Below, in pieces: positions 46,501 to 54,965 of a stretch of DNA of 64,000 nt. This DNA comes from Phoronis australis (lineage: Eukaryota > Animalia > Phoronida): assembly GCA_002633005.1 (NCBI GenBank), contig NMRA01000693.1:124001-188000 (forward strand), in the 5' to 3' direction. The notes under the pieces were generated by a model that ran no database searches, was not told the origin of the DNA, and was given only the letters and a program-made list of their open reading frames with translations. Position numbers and translations under genes: made by a program. Each line of letters begins with the position of its first letter. Within the stretch, counting starts at the first letter, position 1.

Positions 46501-48277
46501 CACCCTACCTTTGCGTCCTTCAACTGCTGTTCAAGGTCGGCAATCTGCCTGGCAAGGTCCTGCTCTTTGCGCGCATCCTTCCTGGCGCCAGAAGTCACTT
46601 GCTTCTCCAGTTCTTCCTCAGCAATATCAGCCTGAGCCGCCTTGAAGTTCATGACAGCCTGGGTCAGGAGGAAGACTTTCTTCACACGTGCCATGTCACT
46701 CACATCGTCAACTTTGAGCTGAGATGAAAAAACAAATGACGTACCAGAAGACAACAATCAGAATGCCAAGACATCATTGGTGCCTGGACAAATATCAATC
46801 ACAAAAATCCCAGCCAGCCGTGTTGCACTCAGCAACAGCTAGAAATTCACCACGCATGTGAACCCAAGGCTTCTCAGTCTTTGGAAACAGAAAATCACAG
46901 GTTTAATTGTTTTCAACTTTTGGGATGCTAAGTATGAGTATTTTCTACAACATTACAACAATGTCCTGATGAACACAGTAGGAGGCATCACAGAAGTATT
47001 TTAAAAAACAATTTTTTCCCAACACTTCCCTATGAGAGGGAATTGAAACAACTGATTTAACTAAGGACAACATTTTTAAATGAAAAATGCCAGTCTAAAT
47101 TTATTGCCTCTAAAATAATAGACAAGGAAATATGTTCATATCTTTATTTCCATCGACGAAGGACCAATGACTGAAACAGAGGAAACTCCAAACTTCAAGC
47201 GCTTTACTAGCTATGAAGATGTCCTTCATGGAAGCAAACAGTTTTGCACAGGATTCAGCGACCACTTTTAAACAAGACATCACTTTCAGGCTAAAGCAAA
47301 TGCAGGGAACTTTTTGAGCATAGTATGATTTTCAAGCTTCAAGCCACGTAAAAAGAAAACAATATCATTTTCGAAATATAATATGCAACTGTCCAACTCG
47401 TTCAGCTGATGGTCCCCTCGCAAACTGAACCATGACAACATCACAGAATTAGAAGAAGAGTTTCAGTCATGTCAGCACTGATGAGGAGTATCCAATAGCA
47501 TTATCACAGCAGGTGGTCATATTATAGTTGTCAAAAGATTTGCGGGCGTATAACAGCCTACATCACACCTCATCAAATCATTCAGCCATGAGCAACAGCC
47601 AAATTTCTCCAAACACTACAGAAACCACAACTGATGAAGTCAACTTTGGAGTAGTTTGGACTTAGTAAAGGACGAAGTAAAGGATGAATGTAAGGGAGCG
47701 ATATGAATACCAGGACGTCATACAGACACCATAACAGGGGAGTCAATCTGGAATGTAGTGAAGTTTTACCACTGCTGCATGGTCCTCGCCTCTCATAAGT
47801 CAGATCATAGCACGTTCCTGGCTCATGTCAGTAGTAAAATGAACTGTGAGAATTTTGCCTTGTGAATCAATGAGGCAAATGTCCTATTTTTAGTGCCTGG
47901 CGGCGTGAATGTGCTTAGTGGATTACCGTCGGTAACCAATGAAAATTAATTATCGGCATCACCTGACAGCGACAAATCTCTCTCAGGCTCACTGTAACCG
48001 TGAGTACAACACTTACAGCTCACTACGAAGTAAGTTTGCAAGTCGGTGCAGTAACGTTAGGCACATTCACGAGGCACACAGCTCAGTCTACAGCTGTCCC
48101 TCAGTAGTGGTCCTTATACGATGATACGTATAGTGGGCTTCTTAAAAATTACTCTAAACCACAATTCAAAGAAAGCATGCCTACCTCAGCTAGCTGGTCG
48201 TACCAGCGGTTAACATCATCTTCCTCCAAGTCATCAGGATTGGACACCATGATGGTGTTCCAGTCTACTGGTGCCAT
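13479..48277 (-). CDS. CEP290: Centrosomal protein of 290 kDa (CEP290) orthologue, 5' part; 31 coding exons, 3' part not in window
   Basis: Exons chained by hand, all GT-AG with compatible phases: 48277-48185, 46718-46509, 43232-43080, 41978-41772, 41005-40892, 40151-40083, 39317-39228, 38867-38745, 37931-37814, 37481-37369, 36742-36600, 35900-35708, 34829-34756, 34424-34289, 33907-33736, 33017-32959, 32250-32089, 31255-31106, 30246-30121, 29454-29362, 28167-28018, 25078-24998, 24515-24342, 24016-23905, 23586-23393, 21748-21688, 20264-20167, 18872-18740, 18496-18180, 16766-16572, 13559-13479 (4194 nt, about 1398 aa, coiled-coil). Peptides I recognise as CEP290: MAPVDWNTIMVSNPDDL, DDEIMVAVNKKVEEWK, YEAGEYGLPEAVAEIKDCKQQINIRDR, YKRKFAVVRHQQGLLY, SKKITSLEMKEINERQRAEHA, QAQSDEKKIIGKLHRHIVQLQVSE, RRQYSGAIPLSKQEKF. 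Confidence 0.95.
13631..15812 (-). mobile_element. Full-length non-autonomous Helentron-associated element (HINE/DINE-1-like) with internal ~450 bp three-monomer tandem array
   Basis: Subterminal inverted repeats atgcacccac (13656-13665) and gtgggcgcat (15799-15808); near-perfect palindrome at 15779-15808; (GGAC)-type microsatellite at about 15737-15765; terminal stem-loop caacg-tggag-cgttg (13639-13653); internal 143-164 bp monomers. Confidence 0.75.
16572..16766 (-). CDS. CEP290: CEP290 coding exon 30
   Basis: ...TLKDGKGAQKVVEWHSKMEGLRLDELKHKRQITRLQEQ. Confidence 0.93.
17067..17110 (-). mobile_element. Terminal fragment of the HINE-like family
   Basis: caagagcaacacaaggtgttgaaatgggccca, with hairpin caacac/gtgttg. 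Confidence 0.55.
18180..18496 (-). CDS. CEP290: CEP290 coding exon 29
   Basis: KLHRHIVQLQVSEGTAVRRLE...RRQYSGAIPLSKQEKFARAMMQLQEDK... Confidence 0.94.
18740..18872 (-). CDS. CEP290: CEP290 coding exon 28
   Basis: EIAEVGTMQAQSLEAQQVSREKELASLRQQLVDFQAQSDEKKII. Confidence 0.93.
20167..20264 (-). CDS. CEP290: CEP290 coding exon 27
   Basis: CVTRAVSEADRKRLTELESTEAQLRLENSRLK. Confidence 0.92.
21000..21330 (+). mobile_element. Degenerate non-LTR retrotransposon C-terminal zinc-knuckle relic (I/Nimb-like)
   Basis: From 21151: WPKCGMKDKTLTHLVEICPTYQRLR, resembling CxxCG..ETxxHxLxxCPxYxxxR. Confidence 0.45.
21688..21748 (-). CDS. CEP290: CEP290 coding exon 26
   Basis: VTKMNLDAQKTERDLRDELS; donor gtaagt. 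Confidence 0.92.
21721..22887. other. 0.58-kb tandem duplication joined by a single N (22306); likely uncollapsed haplotypes
   Basis: 21721-22305 vs 22307-22887 near-identical; the second copy starts in the middle of exon 26. Confidence 0.8.
23393..23586 (-). CDS. CEP290: CEP290 coding exon 25
   Basis: ...SKKITSLEMKEINERQRAEHATRLYSQQKQTMRELEERNLELEQKFVE. Confidence 0.94.
23905..24016 (-). CDS. CEP290: CEP290 coding exon 24
   Basis: IELKAVKANNEDLKKNLALEKEKVHTYEVAMENLGKQ; phase 0-1. Confidence 0.87.
24342..24515 (-). CDS. CEP290: CEP290 coding exon 23
   Basis: DMASYKIASLQKALDNCVPASELEAANKQFNTLTEKYRDILEK... Confidence 0.93.
24998..25078 (-). CDS. CEP290: CEP290 coding exon 22
   Basis: ENNKLKNENIAMETAVAERLGYLQRFK. 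Confidence 0.92.
26791..26940 (-). CDS. CEP290: Second copy of CEP290 exon 21 (probably an assembly duplicate)
   Basis: Same exon sequence as 28018-28167, inside a 1.2 kb tandem duplication joined by a single N at 27012. Confidence 0.45.
28018..28167 (-). CDS. CEP290: CEP290 coding exon 21
   Basis: RLVDSLAQEEVEVRRRLSEMSRKMTILRVNEKALTRRY...; a second copy lies at 26791-26940. Confidence 0.9.
29362..29454 (-). CDS. CEP290: CEP290 coding exon 20
   Basis: SWEEERQKLEDSVKESEGLRGEDKLRLQEFD. Confidence 0.88.
30121..30246 (-). CDS. CEP290: CEP290 coding exon 19
   Basis: EVSLKEEMLKKLEASLETYKRKFAVVRHQQGLLYQDYMKEKK. Confidence 0.93.
31106..31255 (-). CDS. CEP290: CEP290 coding exon 18
   Basis: ...FQSLRLPEGMAVSSADVIASLNEHLVLALQ. 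Confidence 0.92.
32089..32250 (-). CDS. CEP290: CEP290 coding exon 17
   Basis: AIESKAVSGHYDGLHLKAQLDNVQGRVEELRRELREAR... Confidence 0.92.
32959..33017 (-). CDS. CEP290: CEP290 coding exon 16
   Basis: VDGGDAYSIQCPTLERMLA; donor gtgagt. Confidence 0.88.
33134..33281. other. Inverted pair of degenerate Penelope-type hammerhead ribozyme motifs
   Basis: The two arms combined give acac-CTGAAGA-t-gaccgg-loop-ctg(g/a)tc-GAAA(c/t)-GTC-gtgt. Confidence 0.5.
33475..33735. repeat. Compound ~24-25 bp minisatellite abutting the exon 15 donor
   Basis: Recurring ccacataacaatgaccaggtaagcta / ccacatatcaacgacccggtaagct. Confidence 0.9.
33736..33907 (-). CDS. CEP290: CEP290 coding exon 15
   Basis: NMQLDKDLEK...ENKNLEQGMKEILQALKEQGEQK. 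Confidence 0.88.
34289..34424 (-). CDS. CEP290: CEP290 coding exon 14
   Basis: AVALGLTADDMLAIQDFTEGLK...; donor gtatgt. Confidence 0.85.
34756..34829 (-). CDS. CEP290: CEP290 coding exon 13
   Basis: VERLEEERIELKKKIRLLAQQTGQR. Confidence 0.9.
35708..35900 (-). CDS. CEP290: CEP290 coding exon 12
   Basis: QIVELTETVNKCEIQRSDVCEENEELRERLGLDPKEPVDL...NQVLQKE. Confidence 0.92.
36170..36236 (-). mobile_element. tRNA-derived SINE head
   Basis: Minus strand gtggccttgtgaggtaag...gtcggttcgagcac: A-box and B-box-like. Confidence 0.4.
36600..36742 (-). CDS. CEP290: CEP290 coding exon 11
   Basis: AEEDARDKDKQLNDALERMKKYEAGEYGLPEAVAEIKDCKQQINIRD. Confidence 0.93.
37369..37481 (-). CDS. CEP290: CEP290 coding exon 10
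   Basis: GVGGGPSQRQMDKIKELQSTVKFREAQCKDADLRMTQ; phase 1-0. Confidence 0.85.
37814..37931 (-). CDS. CEP290: CEP290 coding exon 9
   Basis: AVEQRNQQIEVLKQKLDEAVAEIDTQTAIVEDLRAELNK; phase 0-1. Confidence 0.88.
38745..38867 (-). CDS. CEP290: CEP290 coding exon 8
   Basis: AILGDKEDELAECQDQIEQLRQQLIAANMDTEKASVTALTQ. Confidence 0.9.
39228..39317 (-). CDS. CEP290: CEP290 coding exon 7
   Basis: IQDLTEQVASKTDADDEIMVAVNKKVEEWK. Confidence 0.92.
39342..39690. repeat. ~38-bp minisatellite next to the exon 7 acceptor
   Basis: Unit tgaatgtattacggagcacgagatgattgtacgttaac, decaying outward. Confidence 0.9.
40083..40151 (-). CDS. CEP290: CEP290 coding exon 6
   Basis: MVVQQSDAVLDNLTRENELLKSQ; 69 nt, AG/GT. 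Confidence 0.85.
40892..41005 (-). CDS. CEP290: CEP290 coding exon 5
   Basis: NLTEDNKTLQEGNDDLQKKLKESVKEMEKTTDEYLKLK; donor gtgagt. Confidence 0.9.
41190..41470. repeat. Degenerate ~20-bp minisatellite
   Basis: catggtaagagttttgctcc variants. Confidence 0.75.
41772..41978 (-). CDS. CEP290: CEP290 coding exon 4
   Basis: ...DIADYKRQLESQKENMMMRRGDDVDYRDKISKKNRDLVNALEEIQ; donor gtgaga. Confidence 0.9.
42226..42870 (-). mobile_element. Partial copy of the same HINE/DINE-1-like family
   Basis: Starts aacaagagcaacgcagagcgttgaaatgcgccc; four monomers colinear with 13631-14200. Confidence 0.75.
43080..43232 (-). CDS. CEP290: CEP290 coding exon 3
   Basis: RYGGDMATGSTANTRVLREEIRDLE...; donor gtaagt. 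Confidence 0.88.
46509..46718 (-). CDS. CEP290: CEP290 coding exon 2
   Basis: LKVDDVSDMARVKKVFLLTQAVMNFK...; 210 nt, phase 0-0. Confidence 0.88.
48185..48277 (-). CDS. CEP290: CEP290 coding exon 1 (MAPVDWNTIMVSNPDDLEEDDVNRWYDQLAE)
   Basis: ATG at 48277, donor GAG|gtagg. An AG acceptor at 48300-48299 suggests an upstream non-coding exon. Confidence 0.85.
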
Positions 48278-51200
48278 CTCTGTGGATCACTGCACTACCT
48301 GGTGGACATTAACTGAAACTGAAATGGTACACAAATTCATTCTTAGGTTTAGGAGCAACATGGCCCGGAGGAGTTGGTATTATTCACCAAAGTCATCTTA
48401 ATTCCCATGGATATGCTTTACTGAAGATATGTACAGATCCACAAATGATCACAGAAGAAAGCGCTTTTAAGTAATAACTTTAAGTATAAAATATGTGCTT
48501 GACGGAGTAAAAACCTCTTAGTCGGTAACCTTCAAATACACAGGACGAAACTAGTGTAGAGAGTGGCGGGAAATATTGTAGCCTCTGGCCTAGCCAGCCA
48601 ACCGAGGAGCCACGTGTTGCCTATTTTAACATAGGTAACACATAGCCCATCGGTTGGCTGGTAAGGGGTTACAATACTTCCGAATCACTTCTGTATTAAT
48701 TTTGTCCCGTATATTTTGAATGAGCGGCAGGCAAAATCCATTCACCGATTAACAGTTTTCACCTCGTTAAAAATACATTCTACACTTAAAACTATCACTT
48801 AAAAAAGCACTTACTTTCTTCAGTGGTCCTTTCTACTTCTGCACATATCTTCGATGAAGCATAGCTGCCAGAATTAAGGTGACTTTGGCGAAAAATTCCA
48901 ACTCCACTTTTTGCCCGTGATAACCACAAAGTATTTCAACTGATTCAAGTGAGTTAGGCAAAGGTTAGCGCGAGACTGAGCCAATCGCGTGACACTGGCG
49001 CGTGACACTTGCAAAGTAGCATGGGGGCGCGTGACACTTGCAAAGTAGCATGGGAAGATATCAGGTGAAATTTGTAAGGTTTGTGTCCCTTCGACATTTT
49101 ATTCGTCAACATGTGTGATTTCATGTAACTTCCACAAAATGGCATCCGGTAAGAGAAACTTGAGCAAACCACGACAGATTTTCATGGATATATTCAAGTT
49201 ATGCTGACTAAATTATATCCAGAGTCATGGTATGTGTTAATTATAACTCCGTGGGCTTATATGCATGTTTCATTCCATTTTATTTGATATATTTTGAAAT
49301 GAGTAATTTTTTATAAGGATGTAGTTGCCTAATTTTAACACCACACATGCTCTTATCTTTACCAAGACATCGACAACAACCAAGGTGTCCACTACGCACA
49401 AAAGGTACTGATAGCAACGTGACTTTGGTGTTTTAATCAGTGTGAGGCATAATTCAAAGAAAAGCTTTCGGTGTATGAAGATGACTATATGAACAAGAGC
49501 TTCACCGTCTCTAGACAATGATGGAGCTCCTATAGGCGCTTCATACAACGGAAGCTTTTCGGCGAATTATGCCTTATACTGACTAAAACATCATGGTGTT
49601 ATAAATAACTTTTGCGCATAGCGGGACACCTTAGGAGGTTGTTGATGTATTTACTTCCTTCTAACTCAAACAAATACACCCGTTATCACACTTTCTTTGA
49701 CGTTTGAGCATTCCCTTGTTCAGTTCTCAAAATTGGTGTCTCGCCATTTTTAACTCTGCGCCTGGCTAGCTGGCATGACGTATGTATTCCCTAGTGTGCA
49801 CAGTGTGAACCTGGTGAATAACCGATTCTGGGAACTGAACGAGGGACTACGGGAGTATTTGTTCGAACTGGAAGGAATTAAATACATCGACGGCTTCCCC
49901 AGGTGTCCCTCTATGCACAAAAGGTATTTATAACAACGTGACTTTGACGTTTTAGTCAGTGTGAGGCATAATTCGCCGAAAACCTTCCGGCGTATGAAGC
50001 GCCTATAGGAGCTCCATCGTCTACTCCTACTGGCACTGCACCGCCGACAGACTACACTCACTGCCTGGCCACCTGGAGACGATGGTCACTGTCTATGTAA
50101 AAGCCAAATATCAGTCATTAAAAAGTGAATAATTTCCCTTTAAATTTATGCCAACCTTAAATTATAAATCGATTCATTGAAAAAAGCTTACATTGCAAAT
50201 GAAGACGTGGAGCAGATTGACGTTTTCATAAAGGCGCCGAAACATTCGAAGGCGATCAAAACAAATATGGCGATTCACAGATGCATTCTGGGAGACGTCT
50301 GAAAAGGGGCGACATCTATCGCTTCATTTTCTCAAACGTGAGCACACTCGGACGTCGTTCTGAACGTCTGAGTACACATGGGCGGCGTAGCACTGCAATA
50401 AGTGGACCGGGGCTACAGCCCCGNNNNNNNNNNNNNNNNNNNNNNNNNNNNNNNNNNNNNNNNNNNNNNNNNNNNNNNNNNNNNNNNNNNNNNNNNNNNN
50501 NNNNNNNNNNNNNNNNNNNNNNNNNNNNNNNNNNNNNNNNNNNNNNNNNNNNNNNNNNNNNNNNNNNNNNNNNNNNNNNNNNNNNNNNNNNNNNNNNNNN
50601 NNNCCCCCAACTCAATATCGTAGATCCGCCCTTGGCTATAGACCAGGCCCCCGTCTATTTGTAATTCCGCGCCGCCCAAACCCCAGCCACTCAGGGAAAA
50701 AGGGCGGGGGCCGGCTAATGAGCCCCCGGCCCTCAGCCCCCTATCAGTGGTGCGCCGCCCACTGCATGCATAGGCCTTGACTGTGTATTGGGGACGATCA
50801 CTGAGAAGCTCTTAGGACGACTCCATGTGTGCACTTGGCTGGCGGGTTTGCTAAACCCTGGTTTTGGGAAAAGGGGAAGGACTTTCCTGCACTTTTCATA
50901 CACACATACAAGCCGTGCATATATGATGAAAAAGCTAATAATTAAGAGCCTTAAAAATACAATGGAATAGGTTTTTAAAATGAACCCGTACATGACAGGG
51001 CAGTCTAACAATAACTTGCATTTATTGTCTAAATGCAGGCCCGTAGGTAGCCAAAACTTGGGGGGGGCACAAACCATTGAGACATCGCTAAAAATACCCC
51101 CTACCTCCGCTCCCACCCCCCGAGTGCTCCCAAGGTCATATTTGAAGCGAATCTCCCACGCCCGCCTGGTTGGGGACAATCCCGGGGATGCAGCCATCAA

Positions 51201-53829
51201 GAATTGAGTTACCGTGAACTAACACCCGAGAGTAAGAATGGGCTTAGGACCAGTGCACTGACGGGTAGAGAGGAGCTGAGATCTAAAAGTGGAAAAATAC
51301 GAAACTCCCGATGAACTAAACTGAGCTAGTCGCTGGTCAGCCTCGGCTATGACACTGACTTGCAGCTTACCGTAGCTTGTACCCCGTGCCTGTATCCGTG
51401 GCTCTAAGTTCAAGATTCGTTTTATTGTGATTCAGTTTCGGGAATACTTCATTTTATTATGGTCATGCCTTGAAGTTTTTTGAAAAGGTAAGTTCCCTGG
51501 TATAATTCCTTTGGGGCTGTTTCAAAATCCCATGATGAAACACGACCGGCAGTCCAGTTTCTGGTTTGTGGGGAAAATGATCAGAGTGTCTCAAAAATAT
51601 ACAAACTGCAACGCCTGGAGCTCAGTTCCCATGGATCACTGAGATTCTGCCACGGCAATGAGTTTAATTTTATTTATTTAAGGACTTAATTTTTTCCGAT
51701 TAAGGTACGGTTCGTCATTTCGAATTTCATCAATATCTCTGAGAGTTATTTTGATAGGCAAAATTGTCTAAGTATGCTTAACTATTTGGGGATCGGATGA
51801 TAGAGTTTTTACAACTTCAGGCTGAAACTAAATTCACTGAAACATCATCAATTTTTACAAGATTAGCTTCTAATTGTCAAAGATCATCCATGAATCTAAC
51901 GATTTTCGTAGATACATAAACAAGTAAATCAGAAATCAATGAATTTGTTTCTCAAAACGGAATGTTATAAGAAATTACCGCAGGCATGCTCGCAGATTTT
52001 AAACACGGGTAACCGGGGAACATGGGAGATGGGGCATTCGTATTAACGTGTATTATAGAGGTACCCTTAACGGTTCACGAGGTAAATTTGAAGTTCACTT
52101 ACAAAAAAAACCGCTGAAATCTTTGTGATGATGGCGAGAGTTTTTTTAGTACCCCTTTCGACATGTACACGGTCATTACAAATAGTAGATTAGCCGGATA
52201 GCAATGTTTTTCACATATGTGGGGAGTTCCTTACCAACAACTCAGGCTCCTAATAAAGGAGGCTATGCATATACGGTTGAATCATGCTGAGCGTTACCTC
52301 AATAGAAACATAGGTTTATTTGAGCTCCAACTGTTTTGATTTCTGGTCTCTCCCCTCACAATGCATTTTGACGTGTACCGGTACAGTCTCTTCTCTACCT
52401 GTGTGACCTGTTTTGAGTCTGTGAGCTGTTTCCTTGAATGGTTTAGAGTAATAAACCGAAACGTTGGATAGATATGTCGTTATTTACTTACGCGCTAATT
52501 TTAAAGTTCGTGCTTCTGCTCTGGCCTAAACCAAACCATATTCAAATGAGTTACTATTCTTGTGATACTATGGGAAACAATAACATTATTTTTAACTAAC
52601 CACCGGAAATAGTCCTTTTGTGTAATTAGCAAATAATAGGCTTCACGTTTTTCAAAATTCCACCATTTCGATGGCGGTCAATTGTATTGTTTTTTCACAT
52701 TTTTGGTTGTTTGGGTTGAATGTCTTGATACTGCTGTGCTGTGCACGAATGTTTTGTTTTTTGATGAATTTGGAATGTCAACTTCCCTCGTGAACTTTTG
52801 GCAGTGTCGGATTTACGTTTATAGAGGTATAAAGAGACATTTCCCCCAAACTTCTCCACCGAGAGAGCGTCCCGTCTGAAATGGGACATCTTAAGATGAA
52901 ACGCTAAACATCAGTAAGAGTGACAGCTCATTCCACCGTCGTGTGGTCACAAGACGGTGCAGAAGTGACCTTCTTCAACATGAAAGCCGCTTCCATGATT
53001 TCATTAAAAAACAGGAAAATAGAGGTAATCGATTCTAACATTGGGCCCTCTTTCCGTGAGCGGCCCCTTAAGAATTTGTCAATAAAAATACAAAAAGGGT
53101 GGCCACTTGAGTGCCATCAATGGCCTCCTTGAAGGGCGGGGCCCCTAAATATGAAGATATCTATATTTGCAAAAACCAACAAATGCACAGCAATTCATGT
53201 TGTCTGTCAGGTCATCAATTTTTCTCAAATGATATACAATTTCGAGATAAAACATAAAGCGAAAGTTGTCTCCAATATCCCTTGCCAGAGAGGGGCGTCT
53301 GGAAAAATATAGGTTTGCTTTCGCAAAATTGAATTTAAAAATCCACTGAGTAAATAAGTACGCTGTGCAAAAGCTTTGATTTACAATTGTCTCGAATTTT
53401 CCAAATATATGTATGGATGATTACGCGCACGTTTTCAAATGCCTTTAGACGACCTGTGCTGCAAAAGCGGAGACCCTAATAACAATGTCCTGGCCAGAGT
53501 CCTTTAAAGGTAAACCATGCACTGATACAGAGTTTTTAAATGTGCTCTTGAATTTTCTCTCTTATCCGTATTTTGCTGTTTTTCATTTCTTCTCCACTGT
53601 CCCCTGCCCTACGTCTATGTCGGTTGCCACGGTACAAGTCATTACTAGTTAAGTGGGTTACGTGTTGATTAGATGGAGACAATGAAGTTTTCAAAGTGTT
53701 TCCAGGGTATGTTTTCAAAACATATGGAGATATTTTGATTATAATTTGTTGTCTCTTGCAAATATTGATACCTTCTATCTTGACATCTTGATTGCTTGGG
53801 TTGAAATTAGTGCTCATTTACATAAGGAC

Positions 53830-54620
53830 ATAGCAATTGCAAACCAAGTAGTGTGGACTAACAAAAACATATTGATTAATAGTTTCTTTGAGGCTGGTGA
53901 AGGATCTTTTGAATTTTGAAATAAATTTCTGACGTGGGAGGTTTTGAAAAATAGATAACCTTTCAAATTGGATTCATTGTGCTGCTTTGAGACGTGCTAT
54001 TAAGTTGAAAGCTGATCCTTCGATTTCAAAATGCATACATCCCCAGTTAAGCCAAATTACTAATGTGTTTTCTAGAAATACTTTGCTTTCCAAAATTGTT
54101 TTGCCTCCTGATATAGAGTACGGCTTAACTGACATTTACTCTAGACAACAAATTAATATGTTCTTCCACACAAACTCTTGTTACCTCCTTATGTTAAAAC
54201 CTTTAAGTATTCCTATATTCATAGAAAAGTGTTTACAAAACTTAATTTGAAAAAGATGAACTTAGTAAGTGATGACAAGTGTGCATCTTGTGGAACTGTT
54301 GAGACTTTTAACCATATGTTTGTGAAATGTGGTTCTGTGAAAACTTTGTGGTGTGAAATTCAGAAGCTTTTAATTTACGTAACTGCACAACGCGATTTAA
54401 TCTTAGATAAAATGTTATTATGACAGCATATTTTTATGTAATTTTGAAGATTTCAATGCCATATTAACTGTTTGCCAGTATTTCATCCATAAATGTTCTA
54501 GAGACCAGATTATTCCTTTGATATTCACAATTTCAATGTTTCTTGTATAATTATTGAAAAGTAAGAATTATACGACGCCGTAAAACTGCCTTTTGGGAAA
54601 CCCTCAATGCTTATTTAGAT
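53830..54620 (+). mobile_element. Degenerate L1/Tx1-like LINE ORF2 3' end
   Basis: zf-RVT-like motif YSYIHRKVFTKLNLKKMNLVSDDKCASCGTVETFNHMFVKCGSVKTLW, with frameshifts, followed by (TG)n. Confidence 0.7.
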
Positions 54621-54652
54621 TAGATCAGCCGTGAAGTTCTATTATTTAGATA

Positions 54653-54653
<1 letters not shown>

Positions 54654-54716
<63 letters not shown>

Positions 54717-54720
54717 TGTG
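54654..54720. repeat. (TG)n microsatellite
   Basis: About 30 TG units. Confidence 0.98.
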
Positions 54721-54914
54721 TTTCATTTGCATATATCTCATTGTTGTATATATATCTACATAGATTATTACATGGCGAAGTCGTTATCCCCCGTTATCTA
54801 GAGCCCAAGTGGATTTTGGAGAGTTATACCACAATATTAGCGTCAAATGGCAAATACAACCGTGTAATAACCCATTTAGTTATCTCGCTAGTGAGATAAC
54901 ATTTTGGCGGGAAA

Positions 54915-54965
54915 CCGAGGCCGGTTTCGAACCCGGGCCACTACACCTCTTTACCACTACACCAC
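54915..54965 (-). mobile_element. tRNA-derived SINE head
   Basis: Minus strand gtggtgtagtggtaaag...ccgggttcgaaaccgg: A-box and B-box but no full cloverleaf. Confidence 0.5.

Noticed and set aside
47476-47510. CTGATGAG hammerhead core candidate
   Set aside because: No downstream GAAA and no closing stems
50733-51207. 155-aa and overlapping ORFs next to the gap
   Set aside because: GC-rich MITE-like sequence with G/C runs; no domain signal
54915-54965. tRNA gene
   Set aside because: A and B boxes present but too short for a cloverleaf; treated as a SINE head
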